Origin: Dimorphilus gyrociliatus
Lineage: Eukaryota; Animalia; Annelida
Reading direction: 5' to 3'
Length of the DNA: 64,000 nucleotides
Assembly (NCBI GenBank): GCA_904063045.1
Contig: CAJFCJ010000007.1
Coordinates: forward strand, 2,797,404-2,861,403
Part shown: positions 1-12,577 of the stretch, piece after piece
Position numbering within the stretch: position 1 is the first letter of the stretch
How the letters are laid out: each line of letters begins with the position of its first letter
The notes under the pieces: generated by a model
What the model was told of the DNA's origin: nothing
The model's database searches: none
What the model saw: only the letters and a program-made list of their open reading frames with translations
Program-made: the position numbers and the translations under genes

Positions 1-261
1 AATTTACTAATTTTCATATTTCACGAGAAACTGCATTCATTTACCACAAGTAATAATCATAGTGGGTTTTTTTTTGTAGATACTTAATACATATAGTTTA
101 ATATTCATACTGGTAAATTGAAGTGTGTATTTGCTTGTAAATATTCAGTTTATATAATAAAATAGTCAACAAATTATTTTATACAATAGGAATCTTATCC
201 TATATTAACCGCTTCTTAGGCCTAAGGCGATAATTAAGCTATAAGAATATAAGGAACTAAC

Positions 262-354
262 CTCAGAAGGGCCTGAGAAGAAATAATATAAAACTCCAAT
301 GGCCCACAAACAGATTAAAATTAAAAGAATCCTAGAATTCCGTCGAATTTTCAT
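262..354 (-). CDS. GALNT2: First coding exon of a GALNT2-like polypeptide GalNAc-transferase; the rest of the gene lies beyond the left edge
   Basis: Minus-strand ATG at 354 reads MKIRRNSRILLILICLWAIGVLYYFFSGPSE, followed by a GTTAGT donor. This is a type II signal anchor closely resembling the GALNT2 N-terminus ([25 protein letters not shown]). There is an in-frame stop upstream. The exon is not in the ORF track. Confidence 0.7.
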
Positions 355-1087
355 TCCAAGGGGGCGAACTTTCTATGAATCCAATAGATGCCGTTATGAG
401 CACACCAGTTTACAACAAAGCAAAAGAGGTACCGTGCTCTACATCCTAACAGATGTTAGTCATTTGCGGATGGAGCAACAGCATGCAAAGTTTTCAATTA
501 CTTTCCTATTTACTCTCTTTAGAATTGTTACAGTTATTAGAAAATAAATCCCTTGTTGAATACCTTTAGAAAGTCTTATGATTCTCTTTTTATATGTAAG
601 CAAAAAAATCGCCTATGTTCAGCAGATAGTTTTCAAGTTTGCAAACAGAACTCATGAAATTTGCTTTGTTACTTGAAACCTATCATCTTTAATGAGTAAG
701 GGGAAATCATTTTTATCTGTTGCCAAAGAAATTTTCCATAGTAATTGCTTAAATATTTATAAATCTTCCTTTTCCATATTGATTTATGATGTCAAACAAA
801 GGTAATTTAAACTCTTGAAGAGACAGAAACTGAAGATGTCTCTACTTAGATGCTCAGATGACAATTTACAGTTAGAAATGGCCTTATATAGTAATAGTGT
901 AAAAAAATTGAAGAATTCTGCTGTAAAATTCCCCTTTGTTTAGCTAATCTATATAACGTAGGAGGTGGAGGCGGATGAGGAGGAGGAGAAATTACGAGGC
1001 AGAGAAGCCTTAAGAACATTATACTTAGCTCGCAATAGCCCTGAGACCCCTCCAACCGTTATATTGCTATTTTTTATAACTTCAAAA

Positions 1088-1660
1088 ATGGATTTGGATT
1101 TCGAGGAGCAACTACTCAATGCCATCCGCTACTGCGATCCGAAAAGGCTCGTTAAAGCTTTAACTACGCCGAATGCAGCCAACAATATTGTCGAACTGGA
1201 TCTTATCTATTTATTACTGCGAAATCAAGAAACTGACAAGTACAATGATGAATTACTTCAGTGTATTCGAATTCTTTTATCACTAGGTTGTCCTGTTACG
1301 GAGGATAGTCTAAGTGAACTAACATTGATTAAAGATAATTTCAATGTAATACGATTGCTACTGAATTTAACAATATATGAAAAGAAATTTGAACCAGCAT
1401 TCAACTATTTTTCATATATCTTTTCATCTAATTTTGATATGACGATTCTACTCTATTCAGTGGGTTATCGACCAAATTCTGAATTTCAGAAAAAACTGCC
1501 GCAATCTATACAAAATATGGCCAAAGAGCCGAATAATCTACAGAAATCCTGCAAGTTGGTTATAAGAAGGGTAATCGGTAAGAACTTAATGGCTTATACA
1601 CGGGTACTACCCATTCCACAATTATTAAAAGACTACTTGGTTGGTGGACAATTATTGTAA
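1088..1660 (+). CDS. Intronless SOCS-box protein (ASB-like, degenerate ankyrin-like N-terminus), about 190 aa
   Basis: C-terminal PNNLQKSCKLVIRRVI...LPIPQLLKDYL matches the BC-box plus Cul5-box SOCS consensus. The first ATG is at 1088; the track's GTG start at 965 is not supported. Confidence 0.75.
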   Translation: MDLDFEEQLLNAIRYCDPKRLVKALTTPNAANNIVELDLIYLLLRNQETDKYNDELLQCIRILLSLGCPVTEDSLSELTLIKDNFNVIRLLLNLTIYEKKFEPAFNYFSYIFSSNFDMTILLYSVGYRPNSEFQKKLPQSIQNMAKEPNNLQKSCKLVIRRVIGKNLMAYTRVLPIPQLLKDYLVGGQLL

Positions 1661-1808
1661 ATTTTTTGAAATGCGTTTGCAAAAAAAAAGAGAAAAAATA
1701 ATAAAAAATATAAATGAAAAAAAAAAACGTGAAAAGAAACAACACACTTTTTGGAATACATTATTTACAAAGAAATATGGAATTAATAAATTCTTTTCTA
1801 TACAAATA

Positions 1809-4754
1809 CTATTCGATTACTCCCCCATCGATTATAGTAATATCTTCGCTTTTGATGGGCTTGAACGCTTCGCTTTGGGTTTGAGATGAGTTGGCATGTC
1901 CTATTCCCATAGCTTGTCGAATTGCTTGAGAATTGACGACTTGGCCTGGTTGAAGTGCCCGACAAAGGTCCGTTAGATTGGACATGACATTCTTAGCTAA
2001 AGGCAAAAAAAAGATAGTAAAGAATATAGCCATTTACGATAATTAATGTTTTTCGTTTGTTAAATCAGTATTACCTAATTGCTTTTCTTCTTCACTCGAG
2101 GATGGCAGATCTTTTAAATGCGGTGGGGGTTTTCTGCTTAGACGTTCGAGTTGCTGAGTTTCAAGCTCCTCTATCAGTTTATTAGTTTCGTCCAATTTAT
2201 TTTGCACTTTTGTTTCACTTTCTAAGATTATTTAAGTAAAAGAAATCCATCAATAAATAATTAACAAAGAGGGATAAAATTACTGACCAAATGCTTCCAA
2301 AAAGTTCATGTCCATATTAAGTTCTTCGGATAAGTTTCTCAGAGCATTAAAATCAATATCTTCCGTCTGTTTGCTGGACTCTTCTGCTAATTTATATAAT
2401 TCTTCAGTCTCTTTCTTTTTCTTTGCCAATTCAGCTTTCAACTCTTCAGCTTCCTTCTTCAACTCTTCCGCCTTTTTCCACAGTGCTGAGTGCTTATTAC
2501 CAGTAATATAGTCCAGCATTGAGTCAACCATCTGAATAGCTATATCTCCACAATCATCAACATACGATCTCAAACTAGAACAGTAGGAGGTTATTTAGAT
2601 AATTTTAAAAAACATATAAAAGCACTTTCTCTATACCTGTTGGCATACGCTGCACTATTTTCATCACCGTAAACATTTAGCAGCATTTTCGAATCTTCCA
2701 AATCTAAGGTCGCAAATGTAGAATCGTAAGTTGGTCCATAACTTCCGAATGGACCATAATTGAGAAATTTTACTACAGGAAGGGAAAAAAAGCATATAAT
2801 TCAATTAATATTGATTAAAGTCGAAAATATACATTAACAATAATAATAATGACTATATTATTATTATTTGTCATTCTTATTAAAACCCCTGTTATCATCT
2901 ATATGGGAAAACATGCTATCCAATACAATAAACAACATAGCTCATGATGCAAGTGATACATATTCTGCTCTGGTTTTTTGCTTACAAAATATTGAATAAT
3001 ATAAAATTATTCTGAAAATGGTAAACGTATACAGTATACAGACATAAAGAAATATTATCTAAAAAAAGAAATAATAAATAGAGGGGGAAATCTTAAAGAA
3101 AACAACAGAATCTATGTATGATGCATTCTGATAACCATGAATAGAAATTAGGTCTTTTTACCTGGTGCTTGTTTACCAATAACGGATTTCCATAGAACTG
3201 ATATATTTTTATTTTAATAACAATTAATTAGCTCTTTTTTTATTACTTATTTTTTTTACAGAATAAACTAAATTAATGAAAATAACAGCTTCTTTTGCTT
3301 GGGTACTTTTTAACATCGTTTGAAATAACTTACCAGGCTTTGCTGCATCTCTCTGATCGTCCTGAGGGGATATTATGTGACCACTACCATCCCTTATTTT
3401 CCCGGCTAATTGACCAAGCGTTACGATTCTTTCATTTTCGCTTACTGGTATAGATAATTTGATAAAAAACATACATATTTAGAAATGAAAAATATAACTA
3501 TACTAACCATATCCATTCATATCTGGATTTAGGAAGCAAAAGCTGGTCGAGCCATCATCTTTCCTTCTAAGAAAACCAATTTTGGAGTTCTTTTGTTCTT
3601 CTTGAAGCTTTTTACCAGCTTGTGTAGCTGCCTCTACAACTTGCGCCTCAAGATCCTCCGGCGAGATATTGTCGCAAACAATATCAGGTTTATAATCAAT
3701 TTGAAGTTCCTCTTTTTGTTCAGCTAAATAGCTCAGATTATTATGAGACATATCAAATGTTGAATTATTAAGTGAGGGAGGAGGAGATGGTGTTGATATT
3801 CTTTCAAGGTCTGATGGTAGACCCAGTTCTAGGATAGGTTTTATCGATTTAATTTTTGTTTTTATATCTTTTTAAATATTTCAAAGTACTTACCAGTTAG
3901 TGATAGGGCCATCATACAAGGGAGCTGTCGCCTCATATTAAATAATTTTTCTTGAGATAACAACTTTTCTGCAGCGACTAAAAGTTTCTTTGCCTCCTTA
4001 TAGTAGACAGTTTCTGGTCTATTGTAAACCATAGCGTTATCGCACATTAGCTTGAAATCACTTTTGTATTCACTGAAATCTTTGTACTGATCAGCTGCTA
4101 TTTTCTCTAACATTGTAGATAAGTCCATAGGGTTTTGGATTATAGCAGAGTATCCAGGAGCTATAGCATCGGTAACGGGCATAGCAAAATAATTCTTTAC
4201 ATCTTTGTTTGACAATTGTCTATGGATATAGTCCAAAGCTGTTCTGAGATTAGCAACTCTAGCATCTTTTCGTTCTCTTTGGGGTCGACCAGTGTTGGTA
4301 TTTAAAATTTGATTCTGATCAAGACGATTCGCTTTTGCCTTTTTGAGAGGAGGTTCAGGGATATGAGGAGTAGCAATCGGAGGAGGTGGAGGCGGTAGAG
4401 GTGGCGGTGGGGTTTTTTCTACAGGTACTTTTGGAAAGTCAGATTTTTTAAGTAGTATTTTATTAGATGATGGGAAGACTTCCCGCTCATAATCTGAATG
4501 CTTATGTTTTTTTTTCTTTTTTTCTTTTTTATGTTTATGTTTCCGCTCAGGAGATTCTGCACCTTCACTACTAGTAGGTGTTGTAGCTCCTAGCTTAAGA
4601 ACAATTTTAATACCCGAAGTAGATTTGGCTTCTTCTGGTTCTGAAGAGCGATAATAGAATAGATTAAATCAAAATGTCGAAATTTTATATCAATCGGCCT
4701 ACCTTCTCCAGATTCTGGATCTGATCTATGATGTTTTTTATGCTTCCTCCCCAT
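1809..4754 (-). CDS. BRD7/9: Bromodomain-containing protein 7/9 (multi-exon)
   Basis: Start MGRKHKKHH; IKIVLKLG motif; bromodomain (FAMPVTDAIAPGYSAIIQNPMDLSTM...NAMVYN); DUF3512-type FLNYGPFGSYGPTYDSTFA. GT-AG introns include 4641-4702 and 3829-3893. Stop at 1809-1811. Confidence 0.92.
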
Positions 4755-5693
4755 AATCTTACGTGATTTTTAAAATGGCGTTTTGTTGCAAAAAAATTTC
4801 CAGATATATAAATATACATAAAGAGACAACAAAAACGACCACAAGAAGGCGCCCATAATTTTCTTATTTCTTTAAATTTAACTCTTTTAAATTTATTTTA
4901 TTAATAAAATTTAATTTAAAAAATGTAAAAGTAATTTTTTATTTAAAAGGTACGAAAACTTATTCATAATTGCGATGAAAAACTTTTGCATGTTTTCTTT
5001 ATAAATATCAAAAAAAATTTTTTTTAACTCTCTCTACATAAGAAATATAGATAAATTTTATTCTAAGGTTTGGAAATTACGAACTTTTTAGTGAGAATAA
5101 ACGATTTATATGAAGGAACTATACCTTAAACTATAACTGCGTTGATTAAATTTAACGCTATTATAAAAATATTGTAAAATTAAAAAATTTATTTGATGAT
5201 TTTTAAATTTTCAAGTTTTTAAAAATAAACTTTTAGGGTTAAAAGCTTAAATATCAGGGAAAATAGCATGTACTAAATTGTTATTCGCCTGGTCACTTTG
5301 AATTTTCGAAAAGTAGTCCGCTCGGAGTGTTTTCATACACTTGACAGAGAAAGCGTCTTTGTTTCGCCTGAAAAGATTATATCAAAAGTAATTTAAGTTA
5401 TTCAGATTTAACTTGCATATGCGTTTAGATTGATTGCACTAATTGAAAGAGAGCGATGTGGTCTTAGAGGACGCGTATGAACGATACAAAGTAGTTCCAG
5501 GTAGTGTGAGAGTGTTGCAGTGATTGTAGTGTGTATCAGTTTTAGCGAAATTCACCTGTAATTTCGTCATCTAAGTTGTTTGAAATTATGTGTATGTATA
5601 TATAAAGAATTTGATAAACTATATTCAAGCTTTTCAAGGCTTTGAATTTTGTACTTAGCACGAAATGCACATCGACTATTTGACGGTCCAACA

Positions 5694-6989
5694 ATGACGA
5701 GAACAAGATCTGCAGCGGGGTCCAGTTCAGATTCTAGCGAAGAATCTGAGAGCGGTGAGTTTTTAAATTTTGCTAAAAGTTCGGTAATTTACCTATTTTG
5801 GTCAGATCATGGAATGAGAGTTGGTGAAGATTACCAAGCTCGAGTACCCTTTTATGATAAAGGTTAGCCCCCCATCACTAGGTCCGGCTATAACTAAATT
5901 TCTTTCTCTTTTTCTCATGTATTAGATTACAAATATCAATGGGATAAAGATGATCGAGAAGGTCTCCTGGTTTGGCAACCAGGACCAATGGCTGACGAAG
6001 AAAGTGGGTAACAATTAAAACTAATTAACTAATCAATCTAATTTACATATTTATTATGATTTTTAGTTGATAAATTCATTAACTTGGCAAGACAACGCTA
6101 CAACTACAATTTCGAGCAAGCTTTCGGCATGCTTTTCTGGCATAAACACAACATGAAAACGGCCTTGGCTGACCTTCCCAATTTTACGCCTATACCTGAA
6201 GAATTTTCAACGGAAGATAAAGTAATCTTCGAGCAGGCCTTTAGTTTTCATGGTAAAAGTTTTGCCCGAATTCGCCAAATGTTGCCAGATAAATCAAATA
6301 AAAGTTTAGTGGAGCATTACTACAAGTGGAAGAAGTCCCAGCACAAAACAAGTGTCATCGACGAGAAAGCCAATCATCGAAGAAATGACCGCGAGTCTTC
6401 AAACAGTTCGGATGAGGAAACTAAGTCAAATAAACAATCAGGTAAGACGGATGGAAAGAAAAATGATGGCTTTCCTAGTCAGCAACCCAAAAGTGGTGTA
6501 AAAGGTCGAAGAAAACCTCCTAAAGGAATGCATTTATCCCAGGAAGATCTTGTTTTACTTGCTTCAGGTCCATCCGGTCAAGGGGACGCTATCTTACAAA
6601 GAGCTAATGCAGATCTGATTGCTCTAAAGCAACAAGTTCAGACTCACAAGCAAGCGCTTAGCAAATTCGACCTACCGACATCAATTGATCGCTTCAAAGT
6701 CGCTCCACAAGACAATGGAACCAACAAAATCTCGAATAGATGGACGAACGAGGAGACGCTTATCGCTATTCAATGCATAAAAGAGTACGGCCGGAATTAT
6801 ACCGCCATCGCAGATGTTATAGGAACGAAAACGGAAGCTCATGTGAAAAACTTTATCGTTCAGTACAAGTCAAAATATAATTTGGAAGACGTTCTAAAAA
6901 AGCACGATGAAGATATGGCGGCGAAGTGTGACGCTGGTCCACCTCCTTTAATTAAAACGAAGCCCCCCTTACAATCAACCCCGAAATAA
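5694..6989 (+). CDS. RCOR: REST corepressor (CoREST): ELM2, SANT1, linker, SANT2
   Basis: Exons approximately 5694-5754, 5806-5862, 5926-6007 and 6067-6989. Motifs MRVGEDYQARVP, EQAFGMLFWHKHN, EDKVIFEQAFSFHGK, RKPPKGMHLSQEDL. Confidence 0.95.
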
Positions 6990-7081
6990 TTGACATTGTG
7001 TTGATTTAGAAATTTTTTTAATTAGAGAAAATCTTGTTGTTCCATAATTATACAAAAAAAAAACAAATTAACGAAAATAGT

Positions 7082-9864
7082 TTACTTCTCCTGAGCCATC
7101 TCCGAATCTGGGTTCTTTTTAAGTATGACGAAACCCTCAAGAATCGGAGAAGTGGCCAGGTATTCGTCGGTTGCTAATTCAGCTCTTTCACCAAAGGCTA
7201 ACAAGACTGGTGTCGTGTGTGTTTGGAAACCTGTTATTGTTTTGGGCTTTCCAGCTTGTCCGACAACGTCGACGGCCTGTCCTACTCTAACGCTGACAGA
7301 TATTGGTTGAAGATTCTCGTCAAATGTCACAAGCATGCGTGGATGAATAGCAGTGACCAAATAAAATAAAACATAATGACATTTTCCCAAAATTGTCTGC
7401 TTCACATCTAAGCAGGATACTAGAAAAGTTAATAATCCGGCAACAGCTACCGGTGACATTAATTGTCTGTCTGTATGAAACGGATTAATCGTCATAGTTC
7501 CTTTACCCATATGAACCAATCCTTGCGCTATTCTAACGCAGAATAAATTCTGAGCATCTTTGGAGTGATAGATAGCCAATTGTCGAAGCATAGCTGCAAG
7601 TCTTGCATTATTTGTACCAGCTCCAACAACACCCATGGCCAAAATAGCGTTGTGAGCAACCTCAGCATCAGAGTCGTGAGAAAATTTACTTAGGGTGTCA
7701 ATAATTTGCAATTTTGGGTTGGATGGTGCTAGTAATGCAAACGCCAGAGGAACTGCTCTCCTAATCTGCGCTTCCCCATAACGAAGAAGGTGTCCAAAAG
7801 TTCTCAGACTCATTTCTCCCCCTATATCTTCACCCATTGATATAAGTGCAATTCCAAGAACGGCTATTGATTGCTGTACTGAAAGATTTGAACTTTTTCT
7901 GTCTTCGTCCTTTTTATCTTTGTCAGCGTCCTTTTTTTTTGAATCTTTTTTATCATTATTATCTTCGTCTTTTTGAGGTTCGTAATGCTCAGAGCAAATA
8001 TGTAAAAAGTTTTGAACTTTTAAAACATTTCCAGTTCCAGCGTATCCACACATTTCCAAAATAGTCTTAGCTGTAGATTTAAAAGGATCACTTAGGACAT
8101 CCAGAGCAGCCAGAGAAGTCTCTACCTCTTCCTGACGACCCAAATAAGTCAAACCTAAACCTAGTGCGAGCATTTTAGCCATTGGCTCTTTCATTTCTGG
8201 TTTATCATTCTTTGCAAGTAAAATTTCTAAAATTGCTTCAGTAACTTTAGGATTTGCTGTTCCAACAGCTACTAAACCACACGATAAAGCTGTTAAACCT
8301 AAAACTTCCATACTAGACTTGCTATCCTCTAAAACTGGAAGAATTAAATCTATGACGTCTTTATTATTAGAACCAGCATACGCCAATCCTAAACCAACAA
8401 TCGACCCAATTCTCATTACATTACTATTATGAAGGACGTAGTCGGAAAGTAAGGCAAACGCTGGATCGCATTCATTTCGAACACCACAATTTACTATTCC
8501 ACATGCCATAAGCGCACCTGCTTTGATATTATCATCAGCTGAATATAAATACTTATCAATTTGAGTTAATCCACTATCAACATCCCATAAAAGAAGTAAA
8601 CCAAGTGTAGCAGCCGAGGACATCATGCCTTGATCTTTGTGTTTGTACATCCACTTACTTCCGTCTTCCACCAGCAATAGTTTGTCTTGGCCGAACCCAG
8701 CGTTCAAGAGCCCATTAACAAAGGATGCTGCAAGATTTACCCTGGCTGAATCAACATTTGCATTCATACTAGGTCTGTTTGGCTCTAAATGTGATTTATA
8801 TACATCTTCTGGTATTTTTGCCTCCATAATATCCAATTCTCTAGCAAGTGCCAAGAAGTGAGTGTTTTGTTGAGAGTTCGACATTATTTCCATCAGCTCA
8901 TCACTATCCGCAGTCTCATCAGACAATTCAAGCATTATATGCTGTCTTCCTAAGAGATATGCTAGTTGCTTCTTAACAAGAGGATCTAAGCAGTTATTAA
9001 AAACTTCTTCAATAAGAGCTCTTTCATTCATTCTAAGTGCGCACATCATAGCATCAACATATTGGTCGTACCTCTTGTAAATATTCAAAGCACAGGTCAT
9101 TATTGTTCTGTCTTCCGGTTCAGGGACGAAGTCATAACATCTTGTAAGATAGAGACAAACTCTTGAATAAGATCCGTCATTAACATATTTTTCTATTAAT
9201 TCCAAATGACTGATATCCATCAAACAGTCGCAGGCTTCAGCCTCAGCATTGTGGCTCATTAAATATGGAACGATATTCTCTACCATTTTCATTAAAGTTT
9301 CTGGGCTATAGCGTTCATTCTCATCACTCTTTTGTAGTTGTTGTGTTATATTTCGAGTTAGGTGACGAACATATTCGTGTCCCCATGTGCCTATCTCATT
9401 AGTATTACCTGTCAATTTAAAATTCAGACAGTCGAGACCATCATCCACAGTCATACCAATTACGGACAAAATATCTGACAAAGCTTTCTTCATTTTTGAA
9501 TCTGACCATTTGGTAAAGATTTCTTTTAAAGTATCGTAATGTTCTTGAAGAAATTTTAACGGCTTAGGAACAGAAGTCATTGATGTTGTTGAAGATCTTA
9601 TATGATCCGTTAGTTTGGTTAATACGGGTTCATATTTATCTTTATCATTCTCCTAAATTAAAATGATCTAACGTATAAATGTATAAAAGAGATATTATTA
9701 CAATTTACCTTAAGCGTTTCAACCAAAAGTTCAAGCTCTTCTTTGAGTAACTTGTCCTCTTCTGATAGCTCTACCTCTTTATTTTCAACTTCCTTGTCCT
9801 TAGCATCTTCTTTTTTGTTTTTATCCGTTGTTTCGGCAGATTTATTAGTGGTAGATGGTGCCAT
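7082..9864 (-). CDS. PSMD2: 26S proteasome non-ATPase regulatory subunit 2 (Rpn1)
   Basis: Exons 9709-9864 and 7082-9652. Motifs [16 protein letters not shown] and [11 protein letters not shown] repeats, and [21 protein letters not shown]. Confidence 0.97.
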
Positions 9865-10050
9865 TTCCTTCTAGCAGTAATGACAACGCGCTTCTTAACC
9901 AGTTTAGTTCTTTGCAAAACATTCCTTAGTGTAGACAGGAATATTGTTCGGATCAATATGATATTGACATATTTAGGGTAGGAACTCTAAACCTATTAAT
10001 TATTCCGGAAAAGGAACAACTAAAGTTAATTTTCAGAATTCGCCGGTTTT
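9865..10050. promoter_or_regulatory. Probable bidirectional promoter between PSMD2 and PRMT5
   Basis: 186 bp separate the divergent start codons. Contains an ARE-like ATGACAACGC (9880-9889) and the palindrome TTCCGGAA (10003-10010). Confidence 0.6.
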
Positions 10051-12214
10051 ATGTCCATGCCGAAAATGAGTGAAAGAGTGATAATTGGTCGTGACCTCTG
10101 CAATTCTAGCGATATTAGCAAAACATTATCTGATGCCATTGGAAAGGGGTATTCCATAAGTTATATAATAGTACGTATATTCTAAACTGTACATATTTAG
10201 TTTCGAGTTTGTCTGCGTTCCTTTGGTTCATCCAAGATTTAAGCGTGAATTTTTCAACTCTGAAACAGCTCTTAAAGAGCGTTTTTTACCGTTAACAAGA
10301 TCAGATCTGACTCTCATTTCTCAAGGTAAAACAATGACATAATACATTTTTGCTTTAAGCTTTTTCAAATATATTTTCTTTAGAATGGAATAGTAATGTC
10401 GTAGGCAAAATTTCACCATGGATTGATTTGGATTCAAAAATTGAACATGTCCGATTAAACTCAGAAAAAGCTTTTCATGAAGAAGTTAATTACGCTCAGC
10501 ATTTGGCTTTAAGCTGCATAATGATAGACTTAAAAAAGAGAAATTGCCTAAATTTAGCCAAAAATGTGTTGCAACACATTAGCAACAAGCTAACTCCTAC
10601 GGTATAAATCTTAATATTTATATTTTAAATCATACAGCTTTAGTGTTGTAGATATGGATAAGAGTGCCATTGGTAAGTCGTTCGAGGAACATGAATTTAT
10701 TTGGAGATGAAGATTTAACAGAAGAAACTGAAGATCCCTGGGATAGATGGAACACTTTACATTTAACTTGCAGCACGAGTAAAAGAATCAGATTGGCTTT
10801 GGAGCTTACAGCAGACCTACCTGATACTGAAGGAATTTTAAGATGGACTGGAGAACCCGTAAATGCTCTAATTATTCCAACTTCTGTTTTCATTTTAAAT
10901 AAAGCCAACTATCCAGTTTTGAGTAGCGTGCACCAAAAAGTCGTTCAAAAATTTATGGCCTTGAACGTTCAGATAATTATAACAGGGTACCATAGACACT
11001 CTGTTGTGTCTTTCAACACGTATTTGCAATATATTCAGCATTTAAAATCGAAAATGCCGGCGCCTACACCTATTGAAGAGCATTCAAAAGGCTTCGAAGA
11101 TTATCTACAAGACCCTTTACAGCCTCTAATGGATAACCTTGAATCAGGAACTTACGAAGTTTTTGAAAAAGATCCAATAAAGTACAAACTATATCAAGAA
11201 GCAATTTATCACGCAATTAGTGACAGAGTAACTGCAGATGAAGCTGACACAAGAGAAACAGTGGTTATGGTGGTAGGAGCAGGCAGAGGTCCTTTAGTTA
11301 CCGCCTCTTTAATAGCCGCTAAACGTGCACGACGTATAATAAAAGTTTATGCCATTGAGAAAAATAAAAATGCTCTAGTAACTTTGAGGAATCTCGCTGC
11401 TGATGATGAAATGTGGCGAGGACGTGTAACTGTAATATCAAGTGATATGAGAACATGGGAAGCAACTGAGAAGGCAGACATTTTGGTAAGTGAACTTTTG
11501 GGGTCTTTTGGCGACAACGAACTCTCTCCTGAGTGTCTTGATGGAGCTCAGAGGTTTCTGAAGAATGATGGAATTTCAATTCCTGGTAAGTTGTAAAATG
11601 TTTCGTGCCAAAATTTATTGTTCTAAACCTAACACAATTAATTCAGAATCGTACACCTCCTATCTATGTCCTTTATCCTCACCAAAATTATTTGCTGCAT
11701 CAAGTTCAGCGTCTCTACCTTTCAAACATCCTCAATCTGGTAAGATTCAATTAAAATTCAATTTTATAATTAAAAAGTCAATTCTATAGGTTTAGAGACC
11801 CCATACGTTGTCCGGTTGTTAAATGTGAACTTATTAGACAAGCCTAAACCGTTATTCACTTTTCACCATCCAAACCACCAGAAACCGATCGATAACACAC
11901 GCTATAAATCTGTTAGCTTTCGCAGTCCAAAGAAATCTACAATCCATGGATTTGCGGGCTATTTCTTCAGTACATTGTATAAAGATATTTATTTGTCAAC
12001 TGTGCCAGAATCACATTCAGAAGGAATGTTTTCCTGGTTCCCCATGTTTTTACCAATTCGTCAACCAGTAGTCGTTGAAGAGAATGGTACAATATCTGTT
12101 ACTTTTTGGCGTTGTCAATCTCCAAGAGATGTCTGGTATGAATGGTGTTTAACAGAGCCAGTCAACCTTGGAATTCACAACCCCCAAGGAAATGCATATA
12201 AAATAGGACTATGA
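10051..12214 (+). CDS. PRMT5: Protein arginine N-methyltransferase 5
   Basis: GRDL, VHPRFKRE, DYLQDPLQPLMDNLESGTYEVFEKDPIKY, VVGAGRGPLV, VSELLGSFGDNELSPECL, GMFSWFP. The start is ATG 10051 or the in-frame ATG 10066. Five short introns. Confidence 0.96.
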
Positions 12215-12577
12215 GCGACATACAAATAAAGTACCTTTTTCGTTAATATTGTCACTTTTGGTTATTTAAAATAAAACCATGAATTAAACAATATTTTAAG
12301 GAATCAACACATGCAAAGTTTCTTGCATCGCTTTAAGCTAGTTTTGCGGTGAACAAAATATCAGATAGATGGCGCAACAGTATTTCGTTTCGTTATGATG
12401 ACACTTGAGTTTGAACAATGGGGGCCTTTCTGCTGTAAAATGACAATTTCAGATGACATTTTGAATTAACGCGGAAATGATTTGAAAGGCGTGTATTGGA
12501 GATTCTGTTAAAGAATATGGAACTTATCATTCATATTAATCGAAGAAGCGTTTTGCAATAGATTATGCATCAAAGAG

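Noticed and set aside
299-547. 82-aa plus-strand ORF
   Set aside because: No recognisable motif; it lies antisense to the GALNT2-like exon and its 5'UTR.
965-1087. GTG-initiated N-terminal extension of the SOCS-box ORF
   Set aside because: Non-ATG start over GGA-repeat promoter/UTR sequence; ATG 1088 has good context.
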